64,000 nucleotides of DNA from Escherichia coli (lineage in GTDB: Bacteria > Pseudomonadota > Gammaproteobacteria > Enterobacterales > Enterobacteriaceae). The notes beneath the pieces are model-generated. The model made no database searches, was not told where the DNA came from, and was given only the letters and a program-made list of their open reading frames with translations. The position numbers and the translations under genes were made by a program. This document shows, piece by piece, positions 39,377-49,723 of the stretch. How positions within the stretch are numbered: position 1 is the stretch's first letter; each line of letters begins with the position of its first letter. The stretch lies in NCBI RefSeq assembly GCF_024223415.1, contig NZ_CP100500.1; one strand, 5' to 3'.

Positions 39377-39750
39377 GGTTTCACCTCACAGTGTTTACCC
39401 AGGGTGATGTTGTTCACCATTCTGTAGTGGCTGCGGGTCATCAGGCCGGTCGCCCGGCGGGCCCGGAGAATATCAATGCTGCTGATTAACTGCGATGAAG
39501 CTCCTGCGCTGAATCCCGGCTGGTCGGTACGCACCAGCGCGTATTTTTCCACAAGAAAGTTCACCGCATCACACAGTGAAATACCCGCCTCAATATGCTG
39601 CTCAATCACACGTTCATCGGCGAACGGTGTGTCATTCAGCGTGAGGCCGTAGTGCTGGTCCAGCAGCCGGGTGAGCAGTGTCTGCCAGATTTCAACCGGA
39701 GACGGGCAGCGCGATGTTGCCCGTACGTGTGTGTCGGGGAATGTTTTCAT
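39373..39750 (-). CDS. cbtA: CbtA/YeeV-family cytoskeleton-binding toxin
   Basis: 125 aa from ATG 39750; [66 protein letters not shown] matches YeeV/CbtA family. Confidence 0.75.
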   Translation of the reverse strand: MKTFPDTHVRATSRCPSPVEIWQTLLTRLLDQHYGLTLNDTPFADERVIEQHIEAGISLCDAVNFLVEKYALVRTDQPGFSAGASSQLISSIDILRARRATGLMTRSHYRMVNNITLGKHCEVKP

Positions 39751-39808
39751 CTTAAGTACTCTGTAACAGGTGATGATAAAGAAGTGCTGTCCGGGGTTAT
39801 GCGGTGGT

Positions 39809-40174
39809 TCAGGGTGTTGCCGGTGTCGGATAAATGGCGATATACACGTAACCACAACTGCCGAGGGTGTCGGCATCGCAGGTCAGCCCTTTCGCATACA
39901 GTGTCACGGTATGCTGATGGCGGGGACTGAGTTCACCGCTGGTGAGCATGAGTTCCAGCTGTTTCATCAGCAGCGGAAAGGCCTGGTCCAGGTGGTACGC
40001 ATCTGCGTCGCTGAACCGGCCTCTGATACCGGCGCGGTCTGCAAGGTAATGCAGGCGGTTACCCTCCTGCACCAGACGGGCACCAAAACAGGGTGTCACG
40101 GTGCAGGGCAGTCCCCACTAGGGGCGGTCGCTGTTGTCGTCAGGATGCGTTGTCCCGGTGAGTGTGTCTGACAT
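39809..40174 (-). pseudogene. cbeA: CbeA/YeeU-family antitoxin interrupted by in-frame amber codon
   Basis: ATG 40174 (GAGGA upstream) reads MSDTLTGTTHPDDNSDRP then TAG (plus 40118-40120) where family has W; remainder GLPCTVTPCFGARLVQEGNRLHYLADRAG... is intact. Confidence 0.55.
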
Positions 40175-40224
40175 GATAAAGTCCTCACTGATAATCGGTT
40201 AAGAATGGTTTTAACAATGACGGG

Positions 40225-40881
40225 TCAGCCGGTGCGCAGACCGGCTTCGGTGAAGGTGTATCCGTTGATGAGAAGGGCCTCATCCACGGCGTCGTCTGAG
40301 GTCAGCCAGTCGTACTCGTTTTCCAGTTGACTGTATAACCAGAAGGCAAGGTCCCGCAGGGCGTCACAGACAACGGTTTCCGCGCTGGCTGTCATTGCCT
40401 GTCCGGTCGGACTGTCCCGGGTGACGGTGATATCCATGCTGTACGGATGGCAGTAGTGTCCCCGGTGGCGGATTTCAGCCTGAAGCTGCCGGAAGTTACG
40501 CTTCTGCACCGCCTGCAGGGCATCCGCGATACGATGAAGCTCACGGTCCTGCGGGGCATATTCCCTGATTTTCCGGGGTGCCGCTGGCTGCCAGCGCCAG
40601 CGTCCTTCAAAACAGGCTCCGTCCCCCTGGCTGCAGAATCCGCTGAACCAGATGCACGGCTCTTCCATAAACCTGCCGTTGCTGAGCCGGATAACACGCT
40701 GGCGGAGGGCAATCCCGACAATCTCACAGACCGTCCTGAAGTCCTCATACACGTTTTCATACCAGTTGCTGTCAGCATGATGCTGACGGTACCATTCACG
40801 GGCCTTCTCCCGTGCTGTGGCGGAAAGTTCATCCGGCGTATACACGGTGGTGATGATAATTCTGCTCATCCGCATCTCCAC
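40225..40881 (-). CDS. Hypothetical Cys/His-rich protein (218 aa) between yeeT-like and cbeA-like genes
   Basis: Intact ORF, ATG 5 bp after yeeT-like stop; motifs CIWFSGFCSQGDGACFEG and HRGHYCHPYSM. Confidence 0.45.
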   Translation of the reverse strand: MEMRMSRIIITTVYTPDELSATAREKAREWYRQHHADSNWYENVYEDFRTVCEIVGIALRQRVIRLSNGRFMEEPCIWFSGFCSQGDGACFEGRWRWQPAAPRKIREYAPQDRELHRIADALQAVQKRNFRQLQAEIRHRGHYCHPYSMDITVTRDSPTGQAMTASAETVVCDALRDLAFWLYSQLENEYDWLTSDDAVDEALLINGYTFTEAGLRTG

Positions 40882-40885
40882 TGAC

Positions 40886-41107
40886 TCAGTTCAGGGTGAC
40901 GCTCATCAGCCGGACATACGGGCCAAAACTGTCCTTCCGGCGTTCGGCAAACACGGCAAGCACACCGGGGATATCCTGCACTTCACGACCGGTATACGCT
41001 TCAGCACTGCCGTGCCAGCGGTATTTACCGGTACAGAACGGAAAAAGACGGGATGACGGATACTGACGGTGAACGCGCATGGCTTCACCACGGGTGATGA
41101 TTTTCAT
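40886..41107 (-). CDS. yeeT: YeeT/YpjJ-family protein (DUF987)
   Basis: 73 aa MKIITRGEAMRVHRQYPSSRLFPFCTGKYRWHGSAEAYTGREVQDIPGVLAVFAERRKDSFGPYVRLMSVTLN. Confidence 0.75.
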   Translation of the reverse strand: MKIITRGEAMRVHRQYPSSRLFPFCTGKYRWHGSAEAYTGREVQDIPGVLAVFAERRKDSFGPYVRLMSVTLN

Positions 41108-41196
41108 GAGAACAGTCCTCCTGAATGTGAAAGTGAGAAACAGCTGAGAAAGAGAAACTGAAGTGACAATATGAAGGTGGCTGTGACGGTGACGGA

Positions 41197-41673
41197 TTAA
41201 AGCAGACCGTGTTCCGCAAAGGAGAACACCCGGCTGCCACCGACTATCAGATGGTCCGGTACCCGGATATCCACCAGGGCCAGTGCCTGTACCAGACGTT
41301 CAGTGATAAGGCGGTCTGCCTTACCGGGTGTGACCTCACCGGACGGATGATTGTGCGCCAGCACCACGGCAGCGGCATTGTGGTACAGGGCGCGTTTAAC
41401 CACCTCCCGGGGATGCACTTCCGTGCGGTTGATGGTACCGGTGAAGAGGGTTTCACCGGCAATCAGCTGATTCTGGTTGTTCAGGTACAGCACCCGGAAC
41501 TCTTCCCGCTCCAGTCCCGCCATGTGCAGAATCAGCCATTCCCGTGCCGCATGCGTGGAGGTGAAGGCCACGCCGGGTTCATGAAGATGGCGGTCCAGGG
41601 TTTTCAGGGCCCGCTGAATGAGGCTGCGCTCGCCGGGCGTCATCGCGCCGGGCAGAAAGGAAATCTGTTGCAT
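41197..41673 (-). CDS. yeeS: RadC-like JAB/MPN domain protein (YeeS/YfjY family)
   Basis: JAMM motif HNHPSGEVTPGKADR; start ATG 41673 (MQQISF) with GAGG upstream. Confidence 0.7.
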   Translation of the reverse strand: MQQISFLPGAMTPGERSLIQRALKTLDRHLHEPGVAFTSTHAAREWLILHMAGLEREEFRVLYLNNQNQLIAGETLFTGTINRTEVHPREVVKRALYHNAAAVVLAHNHPSGEVTPGKADRLITERLVQALALVDIRVPDHLIVGGSRVFSFAEHGLL

Positions 41674-41684
41674 AACCTCACCCC

Positions 41685-42158
41685 TCAGTCGATGATGCGC
41701 ATAATGGCGCTGCATTCCGGATGCTGCAGGGCGTAATCCCGCAGCCGGTAATAATGGACCGTCATGGCATAATGCTCCGTACGGCAGGCGTGATGACTGT
41801 AGGCCATCAGGCAGGCGGCAATGCCGGCGGCTTCAGGGCTCATTTCCGCGCGGTTGCCGTTCATGGTGTTAAACAGTGCCCATGTTTCGTCATCATCGTC
41901 ACCCGGTTCGGGAGCCATAAATGCGCCGCCGTTGTTCAGGGTGTACATATTCCAGATACCCCCACTGTAGTCTTCACACAGACGGTCCATCCAGCCGAAG
42001 ATTCGGGGCTCAAGGGTCACCCACTGCGGAATGAGGCCAAAGTGCTGCGGCCAGAAGCTGATGCGCTGTTCGTCAGGCACTGGGCTGGCAACCAGCTGAG
42101 GTGGATTATTCCCGGATGCAGTGGTTGCGGAAACAGAGTCATGCGAAACCGTTTTCAT
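41685..42158 (-). CDS. Antirestriction-like protein (YfjX/YafX/KlcA family)
   Basis: 157 aa acidic protein in the conserved CP4-island position upstream of radC-like gene. Confidence 0.5.
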   Translation of the reverse strand: MKTVSHDSVSATTASGNNPPQLVASPVPDEQRISFWPQHFGLIPQWVTLEPRIFGWMDRLCEDYSGGIWNMYTLNNGGAFMAPEPGDDDDETWALFNTMNGNRAEMSPEAAGIAACLMAYSHHACRTEHYAMTVHYYRLRDYALQHPECSAIMRIID

Positions 42159-42262
42159 AAGTGAAATCCTTAAGTGAATAAGTGAACAAGTGAATTAAGG
42201 AAATAAGTGAATGAATAAGTGAATAAGAGAGAAAAGACAGGGCACTGACAGCGTCGCGTTAA

Positions 42263-43081
42263 TCAGCGCATGCTCTCCAGCAGCGTTTCTGCCATCACCC
42301 ACAATGCGCGGTTGAGTTTTATATCGGTATCAATGCTGTGAATGGCCCGGGTATGGATACGTTTTCCTTTTGCACTGCGACCGGAAATCCCGCCTTTCAG
42401 CATATTCTCCTGGATGGTCTGATAAGCACTCCACAGGTCCTTACCGTAATCCTCCCGGCGTCGTGGTGTCAGAATGTCGGCGGTGGTGACGGGCTGATGT
42501 TCGTCACCATAACGGTAAGTCAGTGCCGCCTGTGCCAGCGCCTGGCGTGCCGGTGGCGGCAGGACCAGCGACTGCATGGCATCACGCTTCTCCTCTATCC
42601 GGTCAAACACGCCCACCACCTCGTAAGCCCCTTCAATGACTCTGTCCACCACATTTCCCCGGTGCGGAACACGCACTTCCCCCAGAGACTGACCGCAGAC
42701 GCATCCGTTCTGGCAGACGAACCTGAAGTAACCCGGCAGCATCTGGTAGCTGGAGGTACCGTCATGAGAGTTGAGCAGAATAATTTCAGGGACATGTTGT
42801 CCGTTTATCTCCCCGTCACGGCGCAGACGCAGCATGTGTTTGGTATACCCCCGGCGGCCCGGGTCCCGCACGCGGGTCTGGCAGGCAAAGAAGGGCTGAA
42901 AGCCTTCCCGCTGCAGGCTTTCCAGCACGGTAATGGTGGGGATGTATGTATAGTTCCGGCTCCGGGAGGTGTGCTTATCTTCCCCGAAAATCCCGGGCAC
43001 ATGGTGCATCAGTTCTTCATGTGTCAGCGGACGGTCACGGCGTATCTGGTTCGCATAACCAAAACGACTGGCTAATCGCAT
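42263..43081 (-). CDS. DUF932-family protein (YfjQ-like)
   Basis: 272 aa; N-terminus MRLASRFG...PLTHEELMHHVP and overall pattern recalled for YfjQ family. Confidence 0.5.
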   Translation of the reverse strand: MRLASRFGYANQIRRDRPLTHEELMHHVPGIFGEDKHTSRSRNYTYIPTITVLESLQREGFQPFFACQTRVRDPGRRGYTKHMLRLRRDGEINGQHVPEIILLNSHDGTSSYQMLPGYFRFVCQNGCVCGQSLGEVRVPHRGNVVDRVIEGAYEVVGVFDRIEEKRDAMQSLVLPPPARQALAQAALTYRYGDEHQPVTTADILTPRRREDYGKDLWSAYQTIQENMLKGGISGRSAKGKRIHTRAIHSIDTDIKLNRALWVMAETLLESMR

Positions 43082-43124
43082 ACTTTGCTCCTTATCAGTG
43101 GTTAAGACTGACTGACGTAATCAA

Positions 43125-43157
43125 TGAAAAAGCCGCGTCTCCCGGAGAAGACGCGGC
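43125..43157 (-). terminator. Intrinsic terminator upstream of DUF932 gene
   Basis: Minus strand gccgcgtct tctccggg agacgcggc followed by ttttt. Confidence 0.4.
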
Positions 43158-43605
43158 CTGATGGATGAAATGAATGAGGGTTTACCGAAGTCCTTCAGCA
43201 TTGAGGTGAAGCCGCCGGAAATGTGTTCCCGGGTCATCTTCGATAAATACATTGCGGTAAGCTGTTATGGCAGAAACCGCCTGCACGTGTGAGAAAGGTC
43301 TTCGCTTAAGACGTACTCTGTGTGATCCGGTATTTCTGGTTTCTCCTGATTAATAGCCTCTGCCACAAAGTGTGGAAGAGGCTGAATCATGGTATTTACT
43401 TCTTTCATCATGGTGGTATTCCGGTGTATTAACCGGGATCTGATTCCGGAAAATAAGGAATAAACGTAAAGGAGCAGAATGCTCGTTATGCCAGACACGC
43501 AGGGGGTAATGCCTCTTCCGGGTGGTTAACCATATTGCCGGGATGTGATGCTTCATATTCCATAACAGAGCGTTGCCTGATGATACTGACTACCAGTGGT
43601 TTGAT

Positions 43606-44060
43606 TCACATATTGGTCGCTGCCCGTTGCTGTACGCCGGCGGCGAAAATGATCTCCAGAGCATTCTGATCGATAACACGGGCCAGATTCGCGTTCAGAT
43701 TTTCAGTTTCATTTTCGGTCAGCAGGAAACTGACGGCAAGCCACGTCACCTGCTCCTGAATCATGGCAGGAATTTTGATGCGCTCCTCTTCAGCCAGAGT
43801 ACCGGCAATTTTTCCTGATACCACTGCAATCATTCCTCCCGGAACGCCGCCCGCCAGCGAATATGAAATAACCGGGGTATGCGTTCAGTGATACAGCCAG
43901 CCAGTAAAGCCGGACCGGACAGACACAGCAATATGAGTCCTGCCAGCACAGACGCTGTGCTGGTTAATGCTCTGAACAAAAAGCGAAGAATGGCAAATCC
44001 TGCGATAAGCAGGATCAGCACGCCGACTATCTGTAACATAGTCCCCCTGATAAATATCAT
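43606..44060 (-). pseudogene. YeeR-like membrane protein remnant split into two overlapping ORFs
   Basis: Two 75-aa ORFs in different frames overlapping by 4 nt downstream of antigen 43. Confidence 0.3.
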
Positions 44061-44159
44061 GTTATTGTTAATGCCAGCGAATGTGGCGTTGAATATCCGT
44101 TGCGCCGGTCCGGGTCCCGATCATGATGACCGGGACCACAAAGAGGCAATGCAGAATTG

Positions 44160-47100
44160 TCAGAAAGTCACATTCAGCGTGGCCTGACCGTTATAACCTT
44201 CAGCGCTGCTGCCGCTGACGCTGCGGGCATAACCGGCCTGAACACCCAGGGTGATATTTTCCCGGACACGGGCTTCCAGTCCGGCCTGCAGGTCCAGTGA
44301 TGTGCCATTCTGTGACGGTGAGAACATCATGTTACTGCCGGCTGCGGCTGTACCCATGCTCATGTCTCCCCGGGAGCTGAAGGTGCGGATAACAGAAGGC
44401 TGTACCCACCCGTTCACCGGCAGTTCACTCACACTGTGTCTGGCACTGCCGCGCAGGGTGTCACGGGATGAGCTGCCTTCACCAAAGCTCATATCGTTGT
44501 GGCTGCCCAGACGGAAACCGGCACGCACATGTTGTGCACTGCCATGCCCGAACTTCACATAACCGGCGTTATCCTGGCCGTCATCCAGGGAGAGTCCCTG
44601 CCAGGTGTACTGCAGTTGTGGCTCCAGCATCAGATGGTCAGTGATACTGAAGGGCAGACCGGTTTCCAGTGAGCCCAGCCAGCCCCGGCCCCGGGCGCGG
44701 AAGTCGTTACTGTCCGATGACGCTTTCATGCTGTGGCGGGTTTCCTGTGCCACAAGGTCAGCCCACAGGCCGGAGGACGTGTGTACCAGATTCAGGTATC
44801 CGCCCAGGCTGCCGGCATCATCCCGGACCGTGCCGGCGCGGGAGCCGTTATCATCCCTGACATCAACGGCAGAATGACCCGCAGCACCATATACCCCTGC
44901 GGTCACAGACATACCGGCAACCTCTGTTCTCAGCAGGTCCCCCTCCAGACGGACGAAGCCATAGCTGCCGCTGCTTTCCGGCGTGGCCCCACGGACAATA
45001 CCGCCGTTGTTACCGTGACCGAGATGACCGCCCTGAATGCTGAGGCGGACGCTGTTATTTTCACCGTTCACATCGCTCTGATGGCTGCGGGAGCCTGCCA
45101 GAATCCGGTCGTAGTCCATCCCCTGCGTCAGCATGGAGGCGTACAGGGGGACTTCCGCGCGATAACGCGTTTCACTGCGCAGATACCAGCTCTGGTCACC
45201 GTCACGGGTCAGGGTGTAGTCATACACCCCGGCCTGCAGCGGGTTGCCCTGAACAAAAGCGCCTTCCTCCGTGGTGGCACCATTAATGGCCTCCACCACC
45301 TGAATGCCCTTACCGGTGGTCGCCAGCCCCGACGCACTGTTGCCGGCGTTCACCAGGTTCAGGGTGGTTTTCCCGGTGGCACTGCCACCGTCAATCACCA
45401 GCCTGTCGGCATTGTGCTGTGCCAGGTCAGGGCGGACACGCAGGGTGATGCTGCCGTTCTGTCCCCGGAGATTTTTCACCGTCAGGGTGGCCGGCGTGAA
45501 GGCTCCGCTGCGGGTGCTGACGAAGTTAATCTTCCCGGCATGACGGAGTTCATCCACCACCGATTTCACCGTGGCGTTGTCCGGAATGTTCCAGGTGGCA
45601 CCGGAGGTGAGGGTGACATCCGTGGGGTCAATGGCACCGGTCAGCACGGTGCTGCCGGTCAGGCTCAGGGTGGTACCGCGCCGGGCAATGATATCCGTGG
45701 TGACGGTACTGTCGGCCAGCGTCAGTGCGCCTTCGTTAAGGCTGACGGCGTTCCGGGTGAGAGTGGTGTTGCTGACAGTGAGTGTGCCGCTTCCTGATTT
45801 TTCCACCCTGCCGTTACCGGTGAGTACGCCCCCCTGCAGAAGCGCATCGCCTTCACGGGTGACCAGGGTGCCGTCATTCACCGTCTTCCCGGAGAGGGTC
45901 AGCGTGGCACCGTTATTCAGCGTGGTGGTGCCGGTCAGGGTTCCGCCCTGCGCGGTGAGCTGCCCGCCGTTCACGGTGGTGTCACGGGCGCTGTCGCCGG
46001 CCTTCAGGGTAAAGGCGCTTCCCTTGCCCAGCGCGAGTCCTGAGGCGTGTCCGCTGCCGATACTGAAGGCACCGCCACCGTCATACTGACCGCTGACAGT
46101 GGCACCGGAATCGGCCAGCAGCATACCGCCTCTGCCCATGGATACCGTGGTGGCTGTACCACCGGTCAGGACTGCCAGCGTGCCCCCGTCATCCACCCGG
46201 GTGTCAGTGGCCGTGTGACCGTTCAGTACATCAAGACGACCGCCTGACTCCAGCAGCACGCCGTCAGCCTTTCCGTCTGCCACGGAAAAGTGGCCCGCAC
46301 GGTTTGTGCCGGAGACGGTGGCTGCCGTACCGGTAACCAGCGCACCGCCCGTATTCTGGGTGACGGCGGTGGCCTTACCACCGGCATTCACCTGCAGCTT
46401 TCCTTTCTGATTGATGGTGGTATTCTCAGCCACCGCTCCCGTCTTCACCACCTGCCAGCCACCGTCGTTAATCACCGTGTTCTGTGCCACACCGCCCTGA
46501 TGAACATACTGGTTGCCGCCGTTAAGGGTGGTGGACAGAGCGTGACCATGTACCGACTGGTCGCCACCGGCCTGTATGGTGGTTTCTCCTGCCATACCTT
46601 CGCCCGCAATGACCTGCCGCCCGTTTCTGTTCACGGTGGTGGAGAGTGCCATCCCTGCCACGAGCTGACCGGTGGCATCGTTATCAGAGTCCGGCCCGCC
46701 TTCAGCGCCGGTATTCACAACGGTGTCGGTTGCCACTGCGCCGGGTTTAACGGTCTGATAACCGTCGCGGTTAATGACAGTACCGACAGCCCTGCCTCCC
46801 TGATGTACCCACTGCTCACCACCGTTCAGGGTGGTGTTCACCGACTGCCCCCGGAGGCTCTGCCCCCCGCCGGCATGGATAACGGTGTCAGTGGCTGTAC
46901 CGCCCGTCATCACAACCTGACGACCATTTGCGGTGACCGTGGTGTTGCTGGCTGTCCCGCCATTATCTATCCACTGCCCACCGTTGTTTTCCTCACTGTC
47001 CGGCCCCAGCTCCAGCCCGGTACTAATGGTCATGCCACTGGCCGTACCGAAGACAATCTGGTTGTCGTGATTTGTCAGCGTACCGCCATTCACTGTATCT

Positions 47101-47279
47101 CCTGCCTGTACAGCGCTGTCAGCAGCCGGCGCGGGCGCTGACATGACTGCAGCAAGGGACAGTGCGGCAGCCACGCCCGCACGCTTCCCCCGCGTGCGGG
47201 CCAGTTCAGAGGCCACCGCGAAGGTGCCCGTGACGTGATTCCATACCAGCCGGTAACTGGTGTTCAGATGTCGCTTCAT
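44160..47279 (-). CDS. flu: Antigen 43 (Flu/Cah) self-associating autotransporter
   Basis: 1039 aa; signal peptide, Thr/Gly-rich beta-helix repeats, C-terminal beta-barrel ending QATLNVTF. Confidence 0.9.
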   Translation of the reverse strand: MKRHLNTSYRLVWNHVTGTFAVASELARTRGKRAGVAAALSLAAVMSAPAPAADSAVQAGDTVNGGTLTNHDNQIVFGTASGMTISTGLELGPDSEENNGGQWIDNGGTASNTTVTANGRQVVMTGGTATDTVIHAGGGQSLRGQSVNTTLNGGEQWVHQGGRAVGTVINRDGYQTVKPGAVATDTVVNTGAEGGPDSDNDATGQLVAGMALSTTVNRNGRQVIAGEGMAGETTIQAGGDQSVHGHALSTTLNGGNQYVHQGGVAQNTVINDGGWQVVKTGAVAENTTINQKGKLQVNAGGKATAVTQNTGGALVTGTAATVSGTNRAGHFSVADGKADGVLLESGGRLDVLNGHTATDTRVDDGGTLAVLTGGTATTVSMGRGGMLLADSGATVSGQYDGGGAFSIGSGHASGLALGKGSAFTLKAGDSARDTTVNGGQLTAQGGTLTGTTTLNNGATLTLSGKTVNDGTLVTREGDALLQGGVLTGNGRVEKSGSGTLTVSNTTLTRNAVSLNEGALTLADSTVTTDIIARRGTTLSLTGSTVLTGAIDPTDVTLTSGATWNIPDNATVKSVVDELRHAGKINFVSTRSGAFTPATLTVKNLRGQNGSITLRVRPDLAQHNADRLVIDGGSATGKTTLNLVNAGNSASGLATTGKGIQVVEAINGATTEEGAFVQGNPLQAGVYDYTLTRDGDQSWYLRSETRYRAEVPLYASMLTQGMDYDRILAGSRSHQSDVNGENNSVRLSIQGGHLGHGNNGGIVRGATPESSGSYGFVRLEGDLLRTEVAGMSVTAGVYGAAGHSAVDVRDDNGSRAGTVRDDAGSLGGYLNLVHTSSGLWADLVAQETRHSMKASSDSNDFRARGRGWLGSLETGLPFSITDHLMLEPQLQYTWQGLSLDDGQDNAGYVKFGHGSAQHVRAGFRLGSHNDMSFGEGSSSRDTLRGSARHSVSELPVNGWVQPSVIRTFSSRGDMSMGTAAAGSNMMFSPSQNGTSLDLQAGLEARVRENITLGVQAGYARSVSGSSAEGYNGQATLNVTF

Positions 47280-47281
47280 TA
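47274..47281. repeat. Target-site duplication CTTCATTA (copy at antigen 43 start codon)
   Basis: Identical 8 bp flank both IS ends (also 49724-49731). Confidence 0.8.
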
Positions 47282-47318
47282 GTAAGCGTACAGCGAGAGC
47301 CGTATTGACGGGGATGTG

Positions 47319-48857
47319 TTATTCAGCTGGCAGTGCTATGCGCCACGGAAGCAGTTCGCTGACCCGGTTGACCGGCCAGTCTGCTATGACGCCAAGCACA
47401 TGGCGAAGGTAGCTTTCTGGATCCACGTCATTCAGTTTGCACGTCCCTATCAGGCTGTACAGTAGCGCTCCCCGCTCACCACCATGGCCAGAGCCGAAGA
47501 ACAGGAAGTTTTTACGACCCAGACTTACCGCCCGCAGGGCATTTTCAGCGATGTTGTTGTCGATTTCCACCCAGCCATCGTTCGCATAGTACGTCAGTGC
47601 CGGCCACTGGTTAAGTGCGTACGCGAACGCCTTCGCCAACTCTGAGTGTCGCGACAGGGTCTTCATCTTTTCACGCAACCAGCTTTCCAGGGATTTCAAC
47701 AGCGGTTTCGTTTTTCGCTGACGTTCAGCAAGCCGCTGCTCTGCCGGCATTCCCCTTATATCCGCCTCTATGGCGTACAACTGACCGATCTGCTCCAGGG
47801 CTTCTTCCGTCAGTGCTGACGGGATGCGGACGTGCACATCGTGGATCTTTCGGCGGGCATGAGCCCAGCAGGCAGCTTCCGTTATCCCACCATTGCGATA
47901 CAGCTCGTTGAACCCGGCGTACGCATCCGCTTGCAGCACACCGCTGAAGCAAGCAAGATGAGTCTGCGGATGGATGCCTTTTCTGTCCGGGCTGTAAGCG
48001 AACCACACTGCAGGTGCCAACGCTGACCCGGCATTGCGGTCATCACGAACATACGCCCACAACCGCCCGGTCTTCGTCTTCTTATTACCCGGCATCAGTA
48101 CCTGGACCGGGGTATCATCGGCATGGAGTTTGCCGTCAGTCATGACATAGCCATGAAGCGCCTCTTCCAGCGGAGACAGCAGCCGGCAGCATGCATCCAC
48201 CCAGCCCGACAGCAGTGAACGGCTCAGCTCCACACCTTGCCGGCCGTATATTTCTGACTGGCGATACAGCGGGGTGTGCTCTGCATACTTCGAGGTCAGC
48301 ACGCGGGCCAGCAGCCCCGGTCCGGCGATACCCCGCTCGATGGGCCGCGAAGGTGCAGGTGCCTGCACGATGGCATCGCACTGAGTACAGGCATGTTTTT
48401 CCCGTACCGTCCGGATAACCCGGAAGGCGCTACGCATCAACTCCAGCTGTTCGGCGGTATCCTCGCCCAGATAGCTCAGTGAACCGCCGCAGTTCGGGCA
48501 GCACGGCGCCGCAGGCAACAGTCGCTTTTCGTCACGGGGTAGTGATTCAGGGAACGGCTTACGGATGCGGGTCTGACGCAACGGACGCTGTACTGCCGGG
48601 TCATACACCCTACCAGTCAGCGTATCGCTCTCTTTCTGAAGCTGGTTCAGATCGGCTTCCATTTGTGCGATACGGCGGGAGACTTTTTCGGAACGACTGC
48701 CGAAGTTCATCCGGCGGAGTTTATCCAGCTGCGCCTGCAGATGGTCTATTTCGCGCTCCCGGTTGCTCAGCTTTTCCTGCAGGGCGTGGATCAGCGCTTC
48801 CTGTTCGGCCAGGCGCTGTTTCAGCAGGAAGATGTCGTCAGAAGAGATGTCGTTCAT
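47319..48857 (-). CDS. IS66-family transposase (TnpC/orfC)
   Basis: 512 aa with leucine zipper N-terminus, CxxC zinc motif and conserved DDE-like core. Confidence 0.9.
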   Translation of the reverse strand: MNDISSDDIFLLKQRLAEQEALIHALQEKLSNREREIDHLQAQLDKLRRMNFGSRSEKVSRRIAQMEADLNQLQKESDTLTGRVYDPAVQRPLRQTRIRKPFPESLPRDEKRLLPAAPCCPNCGGSLSYLGEDTAEQLELMRSAFRVIRTVREKHACTQCDAIVQAPAPSRPIERGIAGPGLLARVLTSKYAEHTPLYRQSEIYGRQGVELSRSLLSGWVDACCRLLSPLEEALHGYVMTDGKLHADDTPVQVLMPGNKKTKTGRLWAYVRDDRNAGSALAPAVWFAYSPDRKGIHPQTHLACFSGVLQADAYAGFNELYRNGGITEAACWAHARRKIHDVHVRIPSALTEEALEQIGQLYAIEADIRGMPAEQRLAERQRKTKPLLKSLESWLREKMKTLSRHSELAKAFAYALNQWPALTYYANDGWVEIDNNIAENALRAVSLGRKNFLFFGSGHGGERGALLYSLIGTCKLNDVDPESYLRHVLGVIADWPVNRVSELLPWRIALPAE

Positions 48858-48906
48858 AAGCCCGTATTTTACCGGGCTTATTCTGTGACAACCAGGATAA
48901 AGAGAT

Positions 48907-49254
48907 TTACAGCATGGTCAGGGAGGTCAGCAGCCGCTTAGGCTGTCGCCAGTCGATACCTTCCAGCAGCATCGCCAGCTGCGCCTGTGTAAGGAACACT
49001 TTGCCATCACGGGCTGACGGCCAGGCGAAGCGCCCACGCTCCAGCCGTTTGGTCAGGAGGCACAGTCCGTCACCGGTGGACCACAGCAGTTTAACCTGAC
49101 TGCCGCTGCGGCCCCGGAAAATGAAAACATGGCCGGACATGGGATCGTCTTTCAGCGCCGTCTGTACTTTCGCAGCCAGGCCGTTGAAGCCATTTCTCAT
49201 ATCGGTGATACCGGCAACCAGCCAAATTTTGGTCCCGGAAGGTAAAGGGATCAT
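48907..49254 (-). CDS. IS66 Orf2 (TnpB) accessory protein
   Basis: 115 aa [31 protein letters not shown]... Confidence 0.85.
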   Translation of the reverse strand: MIPLPSGTKIWLVAGITDMRNGFNGLAAKVQTALKDDPMSGHVFIFRGRSGSQVKLLWSTGDGLCLLTKRLERGRFAWPSARDGKVFLTQAQLAMLLEGIDWRQPKRLLTSLTML

Positions 49255-49652
49255 CGCTTCAGTTCCTGTATCAGCAGAGTCAGGAGCTTTTCGCTGACAT
49301 TGCCATTGAAGCGGAGCGTCCCGTGCCGGAACGTTACCTCACAGCTGATACTGAGGGTTTCCGGGTCCTCTGCGAGCGATTCTGGCTGTTCGGCAGCTGC
49401 ATCGAGAGTCACAGGAAGTAGCTGGGGGCTCTCTGAAGAAGGTAATAGCAGCTTTCCCTCGCGCCATTGTTGTCGCCATTTGAACAACAGATTGGCGTTA
49501 ATGCCATTTTCAAGAGCAAGTTTTGAGATGGATATCCCGGGTTCACAGGAGGCAGCAACGAGCTGCTGTTTAAATTCGGGAGGATAATTAGGGCAGCCTT
49601 TTCGCCTGCCGGGAGTCACATTTTTCTGCATATCTGACACTTTGGTTCCCAC
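49251..49652 (-). CDS. IS66 Orf1 (TnpA) HTH accessory protein
   Basis: 133 aa; overlaps orf2 start (ATGA). Confidence 0.8.
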   Translation of the reverse strand: MGTKVSDMQKNVTPGRRKGCPNYPPEFKQQLVAASCEPGISISKLALENGINANLLFKWRQQWREGKLLLPSSESPQLLPVTLDAAAEQPESLAEDPETLSISCEVTFRHGTLRFNGNVSEKLLTLLIQELKR

Positions 49653-49723
49653 TACTTATTTGGTGGACACCACTTTGTCTAATTCGTCAGATTCTGACCA
49701 GACGGTTCAGGCTGTACGCTTAC

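Larger units (their letters stand above)
47282..49723 (-). mobile_element. IS66-family insertion sequence (3 ORFs), complete, with terminal inverted repeats
   Basis: Ends gtaagcgtacagc (47282-47294) and gctgtacgcttac (49711-49723) are reverse complements; flanked by 8-bp direct repeat. Confidence 0.9.

Noticed and set aside
42338-43075. 245-aa plus-strand ORF opposite the DUF932-like gene
   Set aside because: Fully overlaps the minus-strand gene that fits island synteny; no RBS or motif.
44251-47141. Plus-strand ORFs (up to 354 aa) across the antigen 43 gene
   Set aside because: Antisense to a 1039-aa autotransporter ORF with signal peptide and beta-barrel; Gly/Ala/Val-rich artefacts of the repetitive beta-helix coding sequence.
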